From Chlamydiota bacterium (GTDB taxonomy: Bacteria > Chlamydiota > Chlamydiia > Chlamydiales > SM23-39): a stretch of DNA of 64,000 bases. Shown here piece after piece: positions 7,698-20,854 of the stretch (position 1 is the first letter of the stretch; each line of letters begins with the position of its first letter). The stretch covers positions 42,932-106,931 of the forward strand of contig JBEHXF010000001.1 of NCBI GenBank assembly GCA_048498835.1. Reading direction: 5' to 3'. A program made the translations under genes and the position numbers. The notes beneath the pieces were generated by a model. The model saw nothing but the letters and a program-made list of their open reading frames with translations, did no database searches and had not been told where the DNA came from.

Positions 7698-8419
7698 ATG
7701 GTAGCAAAGATCGAGAGTTTACAACATCCTAAAGTCAAAGAATTAGTTCAACTGCGAACCGATAAAGAGACGCGCCAGCAGACCCAATCGGTCCTCCTGA
7801 TCGGAGAAAAAATGGTCCGTGAACTCGCTCAAAAAATCCCTCTTCGCTCTCTTTGGACCACCCAGCCTGCACCCGACATCAAAGCCCAAGAGCGCTATCT
7901 CGTATCCGATGCCATTCTCCAAAAAATAGCCGGACTACCGACTACAGACGGATTTGCCGCCGTCGCCCCTCTCCCCCCGGAGCGCGATATTACCCAGGCA
8001 AAACGACTTCTCATCCTCGACCGTCTCGCCGATCCCGGCAACTTAGGGACTCTTCTTCGGACCGCCCTCGCCCTCAATTGGGATGGCGTCGTTTTCACAC
8101 CCGATACCGTCGACCCATTCAATGACAAAGCTCTCCGCGCATCGAAGGGAGCTCTCTTTTTTCTCCCCTACAGACACCTCGATCCGAAAGAGCTCGCCTC
8201 ACAAAAACGCCGCTTCTATGTCGCTGATCTCGATGGAACCGCTCTGCATCAAGCCACATGCCAAACACCACTTGCTCTCATTTTGAGCAATGAAGGTTCA
8301 GGACCTGCTCCCTGGGCCGAAAAATGCGCGCAGAAAATTGCGATCCCCATGCACAATGGCGTTGAATCCCTAAACGTGGCCGCCTCAGGCGCCATCTTAA
8401 TCTATGCAATGAGCCTTCC

Positions 8420-8423
<4 letters not shown>
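7698..8423 (+). CDS. SpoU/TrmH-family RNA 2'-O-methyltransferase
   Basis: Motifs seen are LDRLADPGNLGTLLRTA, LILSNEGSG and ESLNVAASGAILIY. Confidence 0.8.
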
Positions 8424-10769
<2,346 letters not shown>

Positions 10770-10783
10770 AATAATGCCTTAAT

Positions 10784-10806
10784 CGCTGTAACAAAAAATT
10801 ACAGCG
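10784..10806 (+). terminator. Hairpin after eno (CGCTGTAA-7 nt-TTACAGCG) without a U-tract
   Basis: This is a perfect 8-bp inverted repeat 15 nt after the eno stop. No T-run follows, so a terminator function is doubtful. Confidence 0.3.
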
Positions 10807-10822
10807 AAATAAGGAGCTCTCG

Positions 10823-12007
10823 ATGGATATCTGGCTTTTAGGTGCATTTTGGTTTTTATTGGCGCTTGTAGCCGATTTCCTCTCCATTCGACTCAAAATA
10901 GCCGTGGCCCTTTCAGAAATTCTCATCGGCCTTCTCGTCGCATTTCTCATTGGGCTTTGGCTTCCACAATACGCTAACTTTGGCTCTAACATCCCTTGGA
11001 TTGAATTTCTCGCAGGCGTCGGCGCCGTCCTCCTCACTTTCTTGGCGGGAGCCGAACTTGACCCAGAAGCGATCAGAGGTCGCGTAAAAGAAGTTCTTTT
11101 CATTGGACTTGTTGGATTTTTTGCTCCATTTCTCGGCTGTACAGCTATCGCCTATTATCTCCTCGGCTGGAGTCTGATGGCAAGCTGGCTTACAGGCGTG
11201 GCCCTTTCAACTACTTCTGTAGCCGTCGTCTACGCTGTAATGCTGGAACTTGGATTTAATAAAACACGCTTTGGCAAAGCCGTGCTTGCAGCCTGCTTTG
11301 TGAACGATCTGGCTACAGTCTTAGCTCTTGGCTTCATCTTTTCGCCCTTTACGTGGAAATCAATCGTTTTTATCGTTGCGGCAACCATTGTCCTAGTCAT
11401 CTTGCCAAAACTCACCAAATTTACCTTTAAACGTTGGGGACACCGCCACTCAGAACAAGAAGCTAAATACCTATTCTTTTTCCTCTTTGGACTCGGCTAT
11501 CTCGCATTCTGGTCTGGCAGTGAACCTGTTCTCCCTGCCTATTTAATGGGTATGGTGGTCGCCTCGATCTTGGAAAAAGACCATGTTCTCGTGAAAAGAC
11601 TCCGGGCTATTTCCTTCGGTCTTCTTACCCCGTTTTATTTCTTGCGAGCCGGCGCCTTTGTTTCAATTCCAGCGATTGCCAAAGCGCCTCTGCTTTTCGT
11701 CGCCCTCTTTTTAGCTAAAATGGTTACAAAAGCCCTCGGCGTCTATCCCGCGGCAAAACTCTCAAAATATCCGCAAAAAGATGCCATTTACACAACTCTA
11801 CTCATGTCGACAGGCCTCACCTTCGGGACCATCTCCTCTCTTTATGGCCTATCTCATCACATCATCAATCAAAGCCAATACTCAATCATCGTTGCCACCG
11901 TCATAGCAAGCGCCATCATTCCCACCCTGATTGCGAATGCCTTTTTCTTACCCAAAAACCATCTCGAGCCTCACGGAAAAGAATTACCCGATCTCCCGTT
12001 GAAATAA
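10823..12007 (+). CDS. Cation:proton antiporter (CPA/Na_H_exchanger-like membrane protein)
   Basis: The 394-aa product is almost entirely hydrophobic multi-pass. It begins MDIWLLGAFWFLLALVADFLSIRLKIAVALSEILIGLLV, which is typical of Kef/NhaP-type exchangers. Confidence 0.7.
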   Translation: MDIWLLGAFWFLLALVADFLSIRLKIAVALSEILIGLLVAFLIGLWLPQYANFGSNIPWIEFLAGVGAVLLTFLAGAELDPEAIRGRVKEVLFIGLVGFFAPFLGCTAIAYYLLGWSLMASWLTGVALSTTSVAVVYAVMLELGFNKTRFGKAVLAACFVNDLATVLALGFIFSPFTWKSIVFIVAATIVLVILPKLTKFTFKRWGHRHSEQEAKYLFFFLFGLGYLAFWSGSEPVLPAYLMGMVVASILEKDHVLVKRLRAISFGLLTPFYFLRAGAFVSIPAIAKAPLLFVALFLAKMVTKALGVYPAAKLSKYPQKDAIYTTLLMSTGLTFGTISSLYGLSHHIINQSQYSIIVATVIASAIIPTLIANAFFLPKNHLEPHGKELPDLPLK

Positions 12008-12039
12008 TCGGGAGTTGCAATAAAACTAAAGAGCCCCTT

Positions 12040-12450
12040 ATGTGGAGAGAACAGGGGTGGATTATGCGACATGTTGTAGCTTTATTTGGCGAAGCGGAGA
12101 AAGGTCAATTTAAAATCGCGCATCATCTTAGAGATCTACCGCAGATGATCGATCTGCTCGGGAATCCACCGCCAGAGAGCGAAGGACTCTATTTCGCGAT
12201 TCAAGCTCTTCTCTTCCAACGAGAAATCATTTACTTCCGAGTTGAAGAAGAGGGGTACAGCCCCATTGATTATTTCAATGGAATCCAATTTTTAGAAGAT
12301 CGGGAAAAAGTGAATCAACTCCATGCGATCTGTCTACCCGGAGTGGGGGATGGAAAAATCTTAGATGCGACAGAAAAACTCTGCCACATCCACAAAAGCC
12401 TTCTAATCACAACGCAGAAAGATCTCTACGATTACCTGACTAATTCTTAG
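12040..12450 (+). CDS. Hypothetical protein (136 aa; an alternative start at 12064 gives MRHVVALFGEAEKG)
   Basis: It is a clean ORF followed by a strong terminator. I recognise no family. Confidence 0.45.
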   Translation: MWREQGWIMRHVVALFGEAEKGQFKIAHHLRDLPQMIDLLGNPPPESEGLYFAIQALLFQREIIYFRVEEEGYSPIDYFNGIQFLEDREKVNQLHAICLPGVGDGKILDATEKLCHIHKSLLITTQKDLYDYLTNS

Positions 12451-12456
12451 AGATAG

Positions 12457-12486
12457 AAAATATCAGCGTCTCTGCGCTGATATTTT
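12457..12486. terminator. Bidirectional intrinsic terminator between the hypothetical gene and ahpC
   Basis: AAAATATCAGCG-TCTCTG-CGCTGATATTTT forms a perfect 12-bp stem including the A/T runs. It gives a U-tract on both strands. Confidence 0.75.
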
Positions 12487-12510
12487 TCTCGTTTATCCTC
12501 TGTATCGAAC

Positions 12511-13089
12511 CTAACGGAAAAACTCGGCCAATCCCTCTTCGGTCGGCTTCATAGCGCGGGCACCTACCGTCCAATTTGCAGGGCACACTTCGCCATGGGC
12601 TTCATGGAAAACCAGCGCATCGATCAAGCGGAGCACTTCATCGACAGAGCGGCCGAGCGGTAAATCATTGACCAGCTGATGTCTTACAATTCCTTCACGA
12701 TCGATCAAAAATAAACCCCGATAGGCAATTCCATCATCTTCTTTCAACACTTCATAATCGCGTGCAATCGTCTTATGAATGTCGGATACAATCGGATAAG
12801 TCACACCCTGAATGCCACCTGCGACTTTCGGCGTTTTCAACCAAGCGGCGTGAGAAAACCAGCTATCGATCGAGCAGCCAATGACCTGTGCATTTCTCTT
12901 CTCAAATTCTTTGAGTTTCTCTTGAAACGCATGCAATTCAGTCGGGCAGACAAACGTGAAATCCAACGGATAGAAGAAAAAGACAACGTATTTACCCAAA
13001 TAATCTGAAAGAGAAAAGTCGTCGTAGATTTTATCTTTGATGACTGCTTTCGCTTTAAAATCAGGAGCTTTTTGTCCAACTAATGTCAT
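12511..13089 (-). CDS. ahpC: Typical 2-Cys peroxiredoxin (AhpC/Tsa family)
   Basis: The peroxidatic Cys lies in FYPLDFTFVCPTEL and the resolving Cys in GEVCPANW. Confidence 0.9.
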   Translation of the reverse strand: MTLVGQKAPDFKAKAVIKDKIYDDFSLSDYLGKYVVFFFYPLDFTFVCPTELHAFQEKLKEFEKRNAQVIGCSIDSWFSHAAWLKTPKVAGGIQGVTYPIVSDIHKTIARDYEVLKEDDGIAYRGLFLIDREGIVRHQLVNDLPLGRSVDEVLRLIDALVFHEAHGEVCPANWTVGARAMKPTEEGLAEFFR

Positions 13090-13092
13090 AGG

Positions 13093-13728
13093 TTAATCCT
13101 TAAAAATTTGTTCCGCTCGATCTAGCCACGATTCTTCTTCCAGCGTTGTATCTCCGCCATGGCCAGGGATTACTTCTGTCGCCTCAGGCAATAAAGCTAA
13201 TTTCTTCAGAGATACCCACATTTTCTCCGGTTCAGATGTCGGCAGTTGTAGGCTTCCAATTGTCCCTTGAAATAACGTATCGCCAGAAAACAATACGTTT
13301 TCCGCAGCAATATAAAAACAAACGCTGCCAGGAGAATGCCCCGGCGTGTGAATTACGTCTATCTGTAAATTTCCCACCTGAATTGATTGCCCCTCTTCCA
13401 AGAAACCATCTGGCTTTACACCTTGGATCGGAAACACCATGGGGATGCCATCACTTCCTGGATGCTCCAAATTACCCACATCTAGCGAATGCACAAAAAC
13501 AGGAACCCCCGTCTTTTCTTGCAGCGAATAAATATCGGCGATATGGTCCCAATGGCTATGGGTGAGCAAAATCATCTCTAACTGAAGCCCTTTTTCCGCG
13601 ACGACCGTTAAAATATCGTCGGTCGACCCGTATGCAGGATCGATCACAGCAGCTTTTTTCGTGCTAGAGCAGCCAAAAAGTATGGCGTTTGTTTCTAATG
13701 GTCCCGAAGGAAATTTCTGAATGATCAT
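13093..13728 (-). CDS. MBL-fold hydrolase (hydroxyacylglutathione hydrolase-like)
   Basis: Motifs THSHWDHI (HxHxDH) and HTPGHSPGS are present. The track start at 13800 is replaced by ATG 13728 because the extension overlaps the tRNA. Confidence 0.8.
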   Translation of the reverse strand: MIIQKFPSGPLETNAILFGCSSTKKAAVIDPAYGSTDDILTVVAEKGLQLEMILLTHSHWDHIADIYSLQEKTGVPVFVHSLDVGNLEHPGSDGIPMVFPIQGVKPDGFLEEGQSIQVGNLQIDVIHTPGHSPGSVCFYIAAENVLFSGDTLFQGTIGSLQLPTSEPEKMWVSLKKLALLPEATEVIPGHGGDTTLEEESWLDRAEQIFKD

Positions 13729-13741
13729 AAGATATAAGATT

Positions 13742-13815
13742 TGCACTGGAGAGGACTTGAACCTCTGACCCCCTGGTTCGTAGCCAGGTACTCTATCCAA
13801 CTGAGCTACCAGTGC
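13742..13815 (-). tRNA. tRNA-Arg (anticodon ACG), 74 nt, with no encoded CCA
   Basis: The minus strand reads GCACTGGTAGCTCAGTTGGATAGAGTACCTGGCTACGAACCAGGGGGTCAGAGGTTCAAGTCCTCTCCAGTGCA. The acceptor stem GCACTGG pairs with CCAGTGC, the anticodon stem CCTGG pairs with CCAGG with loop CTACGAA, and a GGTTCAAGT T-loop is present. Confidence 0.95.
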
Positions 13816-13895
13816 ATATTAGGTCTCTATCATCTCCTAAAAGAACCCTTAAAATCAAGTCCCTCTTGGAAACTCAGCCTAAAATAAACATTTAC

Positions 13896-14807
13896 CTACT
13901 TTCGAATGAGATTTGAAACCCACTCAGCCAACAAACTTTTTTTAAACTTCAACCGATCCAATAAATCTTTTTGCGTCAGGCGAATGACATGAGGATCCTT
14001 TGTCTGCTCTTTCGGAATAAAACTGATCTCAAAGGAAGGATTCACAGTCTTATACTTATACCCATGGACAAAATCAGTTCCTCTAAACGGAGCAGAAAAT
14101 TCCTTCTCAACAAGTTCTACCCAATTTCGATCATTTTTATGGCTCCAAGATTGGACCTTTTTCATCATCTCATCTTTCGTCCGGACCCAACTAAAGTGAT
14201 GAAACATCGGCTGACCATCGGACGCGCACACATTTCTCCTCTTCGGGCCAGGAAGCAAGTCGTAAATGGCATCCCGCTCTTCTTGTCTTAAAATGAGATC
14301 GGGACTCAAAGCCTTTACCTGCGCTAAAACAATGGTATCTTCCCACTTTTCCGCCTGATAAATCGGCTCTCGGAAATACCAATAATTGGCCAATTTTAAC
14401 ACCGTGTGAAGCTGATAATCGCTCGCTTCCAACCACTCGCTAAAACGGGCTCCATCGGCCACCTCATCGGCATCTAAAAATAATACCGACTCAATGCCCT
14501 CGCCAACATAATGGGAACCAATCAACCGTGAGCAGCTATGCCAGAAATGAGCCGGCGAAACTTCTTTAAAAATTCTCCGTGGAATTTCAGCTGGAATAAA
14601 AGGATATTCTACGAATAAGCATTGTGGATAAGCCCGATAAACCTGTTCCAACAACTCCCGATTTTCAGGCGTCCCATCAAAAAAATGGTCGCACACCGGC
14701 ACAATTACCTGCTTAGAAAACGATAAGGCCTGCTGAAGACAGGAGCCTATGAACCGAATCTCATTTGAACAAAAGTTTACTATGGTCGCTATCGGTTGTT
14801 TTTGCAT
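13896..14807 (-). CDS. Putative GT-A fold glycosyltransferase (DxD motif)
   Basis: The N-terminus IATIVNFCSNE is beta-strand/Rossmann-like, and the DxD motif appears as VLFLDADEVAD. A late FHHFSWVRTKDEMMKKV block recalls GT17/GT2-like bacterial enzymes. The family is not firmly recognised. Confidence 0.4.
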   Translation of the reverse strand: MQKQPIATIVNFCSNEIRFIGSCLQQALSFSKQVIVPVCDHFFDGTPENRELLEQVYRAYPQCLFVEYPFIPAEIPRRIFKEVSPAHFWHSCSRLIGSHYVGEGIESVLFLDADEVADGARFSEWLEASDYQLHTVLKLANYWYFREPIYQAEKWEDTIVLAQVKALSPDLILRQEERDAIYDLLPGPKRRNVCASDGQPMFHHFSWVRTKDEMMKKVQSWSHKNDRNWVELVEKEFSAPFRGTDFVHGYKYKTVNPSFEISFIPKEQTKDPHVIRLTQKDLLDRLKFKKSLLAEWVSNLIRK

Positions 14808-14855
14808 AACCTCAGTCGATTTTTTATACCTAATCTTTTGTTATATCATAACCTC

Positions 14856-14971
14856 ATGAAAATTGTCATTTTAGACTCCAGACAAAATAAAATATTTCCC
14901 ATTCTCTAAGAAAAACCGCAAAACTGCTATGCTCTCAGAGAAAGAGGGCGCAATGAAAATTGTCATTTTAG
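14856..14971 (+). repeat. Exact 19-nt direct repeat ATGAAAATTGTCATTTTAG (14856..14874 and 14953..14971). The upstream copy opens a 17-codon uORF (14856..14909).
   Basis: The second copy is the trkA start (MKIVIL...). The first copy encodes MKIVILDSRQNKIFPIL-stop and has no obvious SD. Confidence 0.8.
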
Positions 14972-16308
14972 GAGCAGGCGAAACAGGATCTTATGCCGCC
15001 TCCGTCCTTTCTCAAGACGAACACGACGTTACCCTTCTCGACCGCGATCCCAAAGTACTCGAACAAGCAAGCCGTGAAATCGACGTAGAAACCATCCTCT
15101 CGGGTCCCAGCTGGCGCCTACTTACAACCCTCATGGAACGAAAACCCGACCTCTTCTTTGCAGCCACCGGCTGTGATGAAACGAATTTAGCCGCCTGCGC
15201 TCTGGCTAAAAATCTCGGATTTCCCAAAACGGTGGCCCGCATCAAATCCCGAGAATATCTCCAGTGCCCAAAACTCGATTTAGCCCGTCTTTTCTATGTC
15301 GATCATTTCATCGGCGCAGAAATGCTCTCCGCCCAAAATTTATTCAATATCCTTATCCACTCGAGTGACATCGCATTTGAACACTTTGCGCAAGGGGCCA
15401 TCCTCATGCGCACCATTCAAATTCCCGATCTGTGGGACAAAGGCGGCCAGCCCATCCGCTCGCTCAACTTACCGGAAGGGCTTATCGCCTGTCTGATACG
15501 CAGAAAACTCGCAGATGGGGAACAAATCCTCATCCCACACGGCAACGATCATATTCTCCCCGGTGATGAAGCGACTCTTGTGGGCGAGGCAAAAATCATG
15601 GATTCTCTCCATGACCTCTTTAGCATTCCGGAACGAAAGCTTCGCTCGGTCGTCCTCGTTGGAGGCTCTTCTCCAGCTCTTCACCTCTCCCACTTCCTCA
15701 TCCAACAAAAAGTCTCCATTCGCATCATTGAAAAAGATGCCGCCCGCTGTCATGAACTCGCCGACCTTCTTCCACAAGCGACCATCATCCATCGCGATGG
15801 ACGGGATCCGCAAATTTTCATCGAAGAAGAAATCGAAAATGCCGATGCCATCGTAGCTTGCACCAATGATGACGGGACCAACCTCCTCATCGCTTCTATG
15901 GGAAAGCATCAAGGATGCCCGAAAGCGATCGCCGTCGCTAATAACCCCGCTTTCACTCCTCTCATTGAAAAATCGGGTATTTTCCCTGCGATGTCAGCCC
16001 GCGTAAATGTCGCCAATCGACTCCTCTCCATCCTGCATGAAAAAACTGTCCTTTCCATTTCCTCTCTTTCCAATGACGCAGCGAAAATCGTTGAACTCAA
16101 AGTAAGCCCTGCTTCTAAACTGATCGGAATTCCACTTTCTAATCTCAGTGAACAATTTCCAAAAGATCTCCTCATCGCAGTGATCGCAAATCATGGACAA
16201 GTCATGGTTGGCCGCGGCCACAGCATTCTCTGTCCCGATGACACCGTGGTCGCGATTTGCAGCCCACATGGGATCGAACCGCTACAAAGTCTCTTTTCTT
16301 CAAAATAA
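14953..16308 (+). CDS. trkA: Trk potassium uptake system NAD-binding subunit TrkA
   Basis: It has two Rossmann/RCK units (MKIVILGAGETGSYAA and VVLVGGSSPALHL), each followed by an RCK_C-like segment. A GAGGG SD lies 6 nt before ATG 14953. Confidence 0.85.
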   Translation: MKIVILGAGETGSYAASVLSQDEHDVTLLDRDPKVLEQASREIDVETILSGPSWRLLTTLMERKPDLFFAATGCDETNLAACALAKNLGFPKTVARIKSREYLQCPKLDLARLFYVDHFIGAEMLSAQNLFNILIHSSDIAFEHFAQGAILMRTIQIPDLWDKGGQPIRSLNLPEGLIACLIRRKLADGEQILIPHGNDHILPGDEATLVGEAKIMDSLHDLFSIPERKLRSVVLVGGSSPALHLSHFLIQQKVSIRIIEKDAARCHELADLLPQATIIHRDGRDPQIFIEEEIENADAIVACTNDDGTNLLIASMGKHQGCPKAIAVANNPAFTPLIEKSGIFPAMSARVNVANRLLSILHEKTVLSISSLSNDAAKIVELKVSPASKLIGIPLSNLSEQFPKDLLIAVIANHGQVMVGRGHSILCPDDTVVAICSPHGIEPLQSLFSSK

Positions 16309-16331
16309 ACGAATGGGTATGATCCCTATTC

Positions 16332-17975
16332 ATGCGCCCAACCGTTGAAATCTCTCGCATTCTATCCAAGTATCTCTTCTACTTGGCTATTCTGCTTGCG
16401 ATTCCATTTCTCCTTGCAGCCTATTATCAATTTGGCGCGCCACAAACTCACCCTCAACCTCACTCCACTCTCTCGTTTGCTTTTACTCTTCTCATTTGCC
16501 TCGCCGTAGCAACTATTCTCCGTCTTATTGGCCGCAAAGCGAGCGGTCAGCTCCACAGACGAGAAGGGATTATGCTCGTCGTATCGATCTGGCTCGTCAC
16601 CTCTCTCATCAGCGCACTTCCCTTTTCTTTTAGCCGCACCTTGACCAACCCTCTTCACGCCTATTTCGAAGCCATGTCGGGATTGACAACCACCGGCGCT
16701 ACCATGATCTGCGCGAAGGCCTATGCGCCAAACGGCGACGAGATTCCGCTTCACATCACAAACTTTCACGTGCCTGAAAAAACATATACCTTTTACGGCA
16801 CAGTTCCACCAATCCGAGATCCAAACACCGGCCTCATCATCGCATCAGGCATTGAAGCAGTCAGCAAGCCGATTCTTCTTTGGCGCAGCTTACTCCAATG
16901 GGTAGGAGGCCTCGGAATTGTCGTCATCTTCCTCACCGTTTTACCTGCTCTCCAAGTGGGGGGCAAATTTCTCTATCAAGTTGAGACCAGCGGCCCCATT
17001 AAAGAGGGGATTAGCCCCCGGATCAAAGAAACGGCAGCAAAACTCTGGAAGCTCTATCTTTTTCTCACCATTTTAGAAATTGCTCTCCTTATCTGGACCA
17101 ATTTTGAAATGCCCATCTTCGACGCCGTCTGCATCTCTCTCAGCAATATTTCCACCGGCGGCTTTTCGGTCCGCAATGAGAGCATTGCAAGTTACCACTC
17201 GACTACCACACAATGGATTGTCTTTTTCTTCATGATCGCCGGCAGCATCAACTTCTCCCTCTATTTCCAAGCTTTCCGAAGAAAATTTCAAAAAATCTAT
17301 GTGCCCGACTTTATCCTTTTTATCAGCGTGGCCATCATCGGCTGTCTGCTCGTATCCCTTTTCCTCGTCGGACAAAAGAAAGTCGACCTGGATGGGATCG
17401 GCGGATTCTATTCCATCGGCGAAGCTCTCAAAGAGGGGAGCTTTCAAGCCCTCTCTATGCAAACCTCTACAGGCTTTGTGACCGCAAACTACGACCAATG
17501 GCCCTTTGCTGCCCAAATGTTTATGCTTCTTCTCATGTTTGTCGGCGGCATGTCTGGTTCTACCGCAGGTGGTATCAAAACCTCGCGCTTTTACATCCTC
17601 TATAAAATCATCCTGAGCCGCCTTGAATCCATTTACCGTCCAGATAGCGTCCGCACCCTACGCATTGGGACATCTGAAGTAGACGATAAAAACGCACTTA
17701 CCGTTCTCTCTTTTTTCTGCATCGTCGCTTTCTTTATCGTTCTCGGGACTGTCTCCCTTGTCCTCGACGGTGTCGATCCAGAAACCTCTCTCGGTCTCAT
17801 CGCTTGCTTCCTTAATAACGTCGGAGCCGCTTTCCGAGCAGCTGGGCCTACCGATTCCTTTGCTTTTCTCTCTCCAACTTCTGAAACTCTCTCCATCGTC
17901 TGGATGCTCCTCGGCCGTCTCGAGTACTACGTCGTCCTTCTCCTCCTCCTCCCTTCCTTCTGGCGAAATCGATAA
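16332..17975 (+). CDS. trkH: Trk-type potassium transporter membrane subunit TrkH
   Basis: It is multi-pass with repeated pore-loop signatures (MSGLTTTGAT, SNISTGGFS, MQTSTGFVT, GGMSGSTAGGIKT). It follows trkA directly. Confidence 0.85.
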   Translation: MRPTVEISRILSKYLFYLAILLAIPFLLAAYYQFGAPQTHPQPHSTLSFAFTLLICLAVATILRLIGRKASGQLHRREGIMLVVSIWLVTSLISALPFSFSRTLTNPLHAYFEAMSGLTTTGATMICAKAYAPNGDEIPLHITNFHVPEKTYTFYGTVPPIRDPNTGLIIASGIEAVSKPILLWRSLLQWVGGLGIVVIFLTVLPALQVGGKFLYQVETSGPIKEGISPRIKETAAKLWKLYLFLTILEIALLIWTNFEMPIFDAVCISLSNISTGGFSVRNESIASYHSTTTQWIVFFFMIAGSINFSLYFQAFRRKFQKIYVPDFILFISVAIIGCLLVSLFLVGQKKVDLDGIGGFYSIGEALKEGSFQALSMQTSTGFVTANYDQWPFAAQMFMLLLMFVGGMSGSTAGGIKTSRFYILYKIILSRLESIYRPDSVRTLRIGTSEVDDKNALTVLSFFCIVAFFIVLGTVSLVLDGVDPETSLGLIACFLNNVGAAFRAAGPTDSFAFLSPTSETLSIVWMLLGRLEYYVVLLLLLPSFWRNR

Positions 17976-17980
17976 GAACT

Positions 17981-18760
17981 ATGATTTCCTACATTTTCAG
18001 ACTCATTGACCCCAGTACCGTTGAAGAAGCTCAAGAAGAGCTAGAGAAATTGGGCCTTGAACATGTCTACTGCATTGAAGATGACTCGCTGGGCGAAATA
18101 TTCATCGGCGGGATGAGTGAATCAAACCTACCCATTGCAAAGCTAAAGCACTCTATTCTGTCAGAAGAAAAAATAGTACAACAGGTCGATTGGAATGATC
18201 AATGGGCTCAATTTGCCGAAGATTTCCGAGAAGGCAAAGCCCATATCGATCTGACCCGATTCGGGGGTGAAGGAGATCTATTACTTACTCCCGGCGCTGG
18301 TTTTGGAGATCTATCTCATCCCACCACCTACTTGATGCTCGATTTAATGCAAGGAAAGGTAGAAGGGGAATCGGTCCTTGATATCGGTTGCGGCAGCGGC
18401 ATTCTCACGCTCGCCGCACTCAAACTCGGCGCCAGAGAAGCACTCGGTATAGATATCGACGAAGAAGCGATTCAACACGCGCAAGAAAACGGCGCTTTAA
18501 ATAACTTACCGGCAAAATTTTCTAAAACCTTTGAGCTCTTAGGAAAACATCTGATCCTCTTGAACATGATCCTCCCTGAACAAAAAGAGGTCATGAAGGA
18601 TAGAAAGCGTCTCAATCTCCTTGCAAAACTGTGGATCGTATCGGGAATTTTGGAAGAGCAAGAAGTAGAGTATATGAAAACCACCCAAAACTGGGGCTGG
18701 CATCTTTTCGAAAGGAAAGAGAGAAACGGTTGGTTGGGCTTTGTATTTAAGGGGGCGTAA
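17981..18760 (+). CDS. prmA: Ribosomal protein L11 methyltransferase
   Basis: The SAM motif VLDIGCGSGILTLAALKLGA is present, along with GFGDLSHPTT and the N-terminal PrmA-type domain. Confidence 0.75.
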   Translation: MISYIFRLIDPSTVEEAQEELEKLGLEHVYCIEDDSLGEIFIGGMSESNLPIAKLKHSILSEEKIVQQVDWNDQWAQFAEDFREGKAHIDLTRFGGEGDLLLTPGAGFGDLSHPTTYLMLDLMQGKVEGESVLDIGCGSGILTLAALKLGAREALGIDIDEEAIQHAQENGALNNLPAKFSKTFELLGKHLILLNMILPEQKEVMKDRKRLNLLAKLWIVSGILEEQEVEYMKTTQNWGWHLFERKERNGWLGFVFKGA

Positions 18761-18768
18761 AGCCCCCT
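18750..18768. terminator. Hairpin AGGGGGC-GTAAA-GCCCCCT spanning the prmA stop, between convergent prmA and groEL
   Basis: It is a perfect 7-bp GC-rich stem with T-rich flanks (CTCTT on plus; TTAAATAC on minus). Confidence 0.5.
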
Positions 18769-18782
18769 CTTGTAAAGCGGAT

Positions 18783-20748
<1,966 letters not shown>

Positions 20749-20827
20749 ACACAAGACTCCTTACTAAATTTTTTGGAGCCAATCGTAGGGTATAACTCGA
20801 TTTTAGTCAAGGAACTGAGACATGGTT

Positions 20828-20854
20828 TTAGCACTTAAAAACAAAAACTGCTAA
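20828..20854. promoter_or_regulatory. CIRCE-like HrcA operator TTAGCACTT-N9-AACTGCTAA upstream of groES
   Basis: The CIRCE consensus is TTAGCACTC-N9-GAGTGCTAA. Here the arms are an 8/9 inverted repeat with exact 9-nt spacing, 74 nt upstream of the groES ATG. A candidate promoter TTGACT-17-TACGAT (minus strand, 20810..20782) lies between it and groES. Confidence 0.6.

Noticed and set aside
13729-13800. 5' extension of the MBL-hydrolase ORF (MDRVPGYEPGGQRFKSS...)
   Set aside because: This stretch is the antisense reading of tRNA-Arg (13742..13815). The enzyme's conserved N-terminus starts at ATG 13728.
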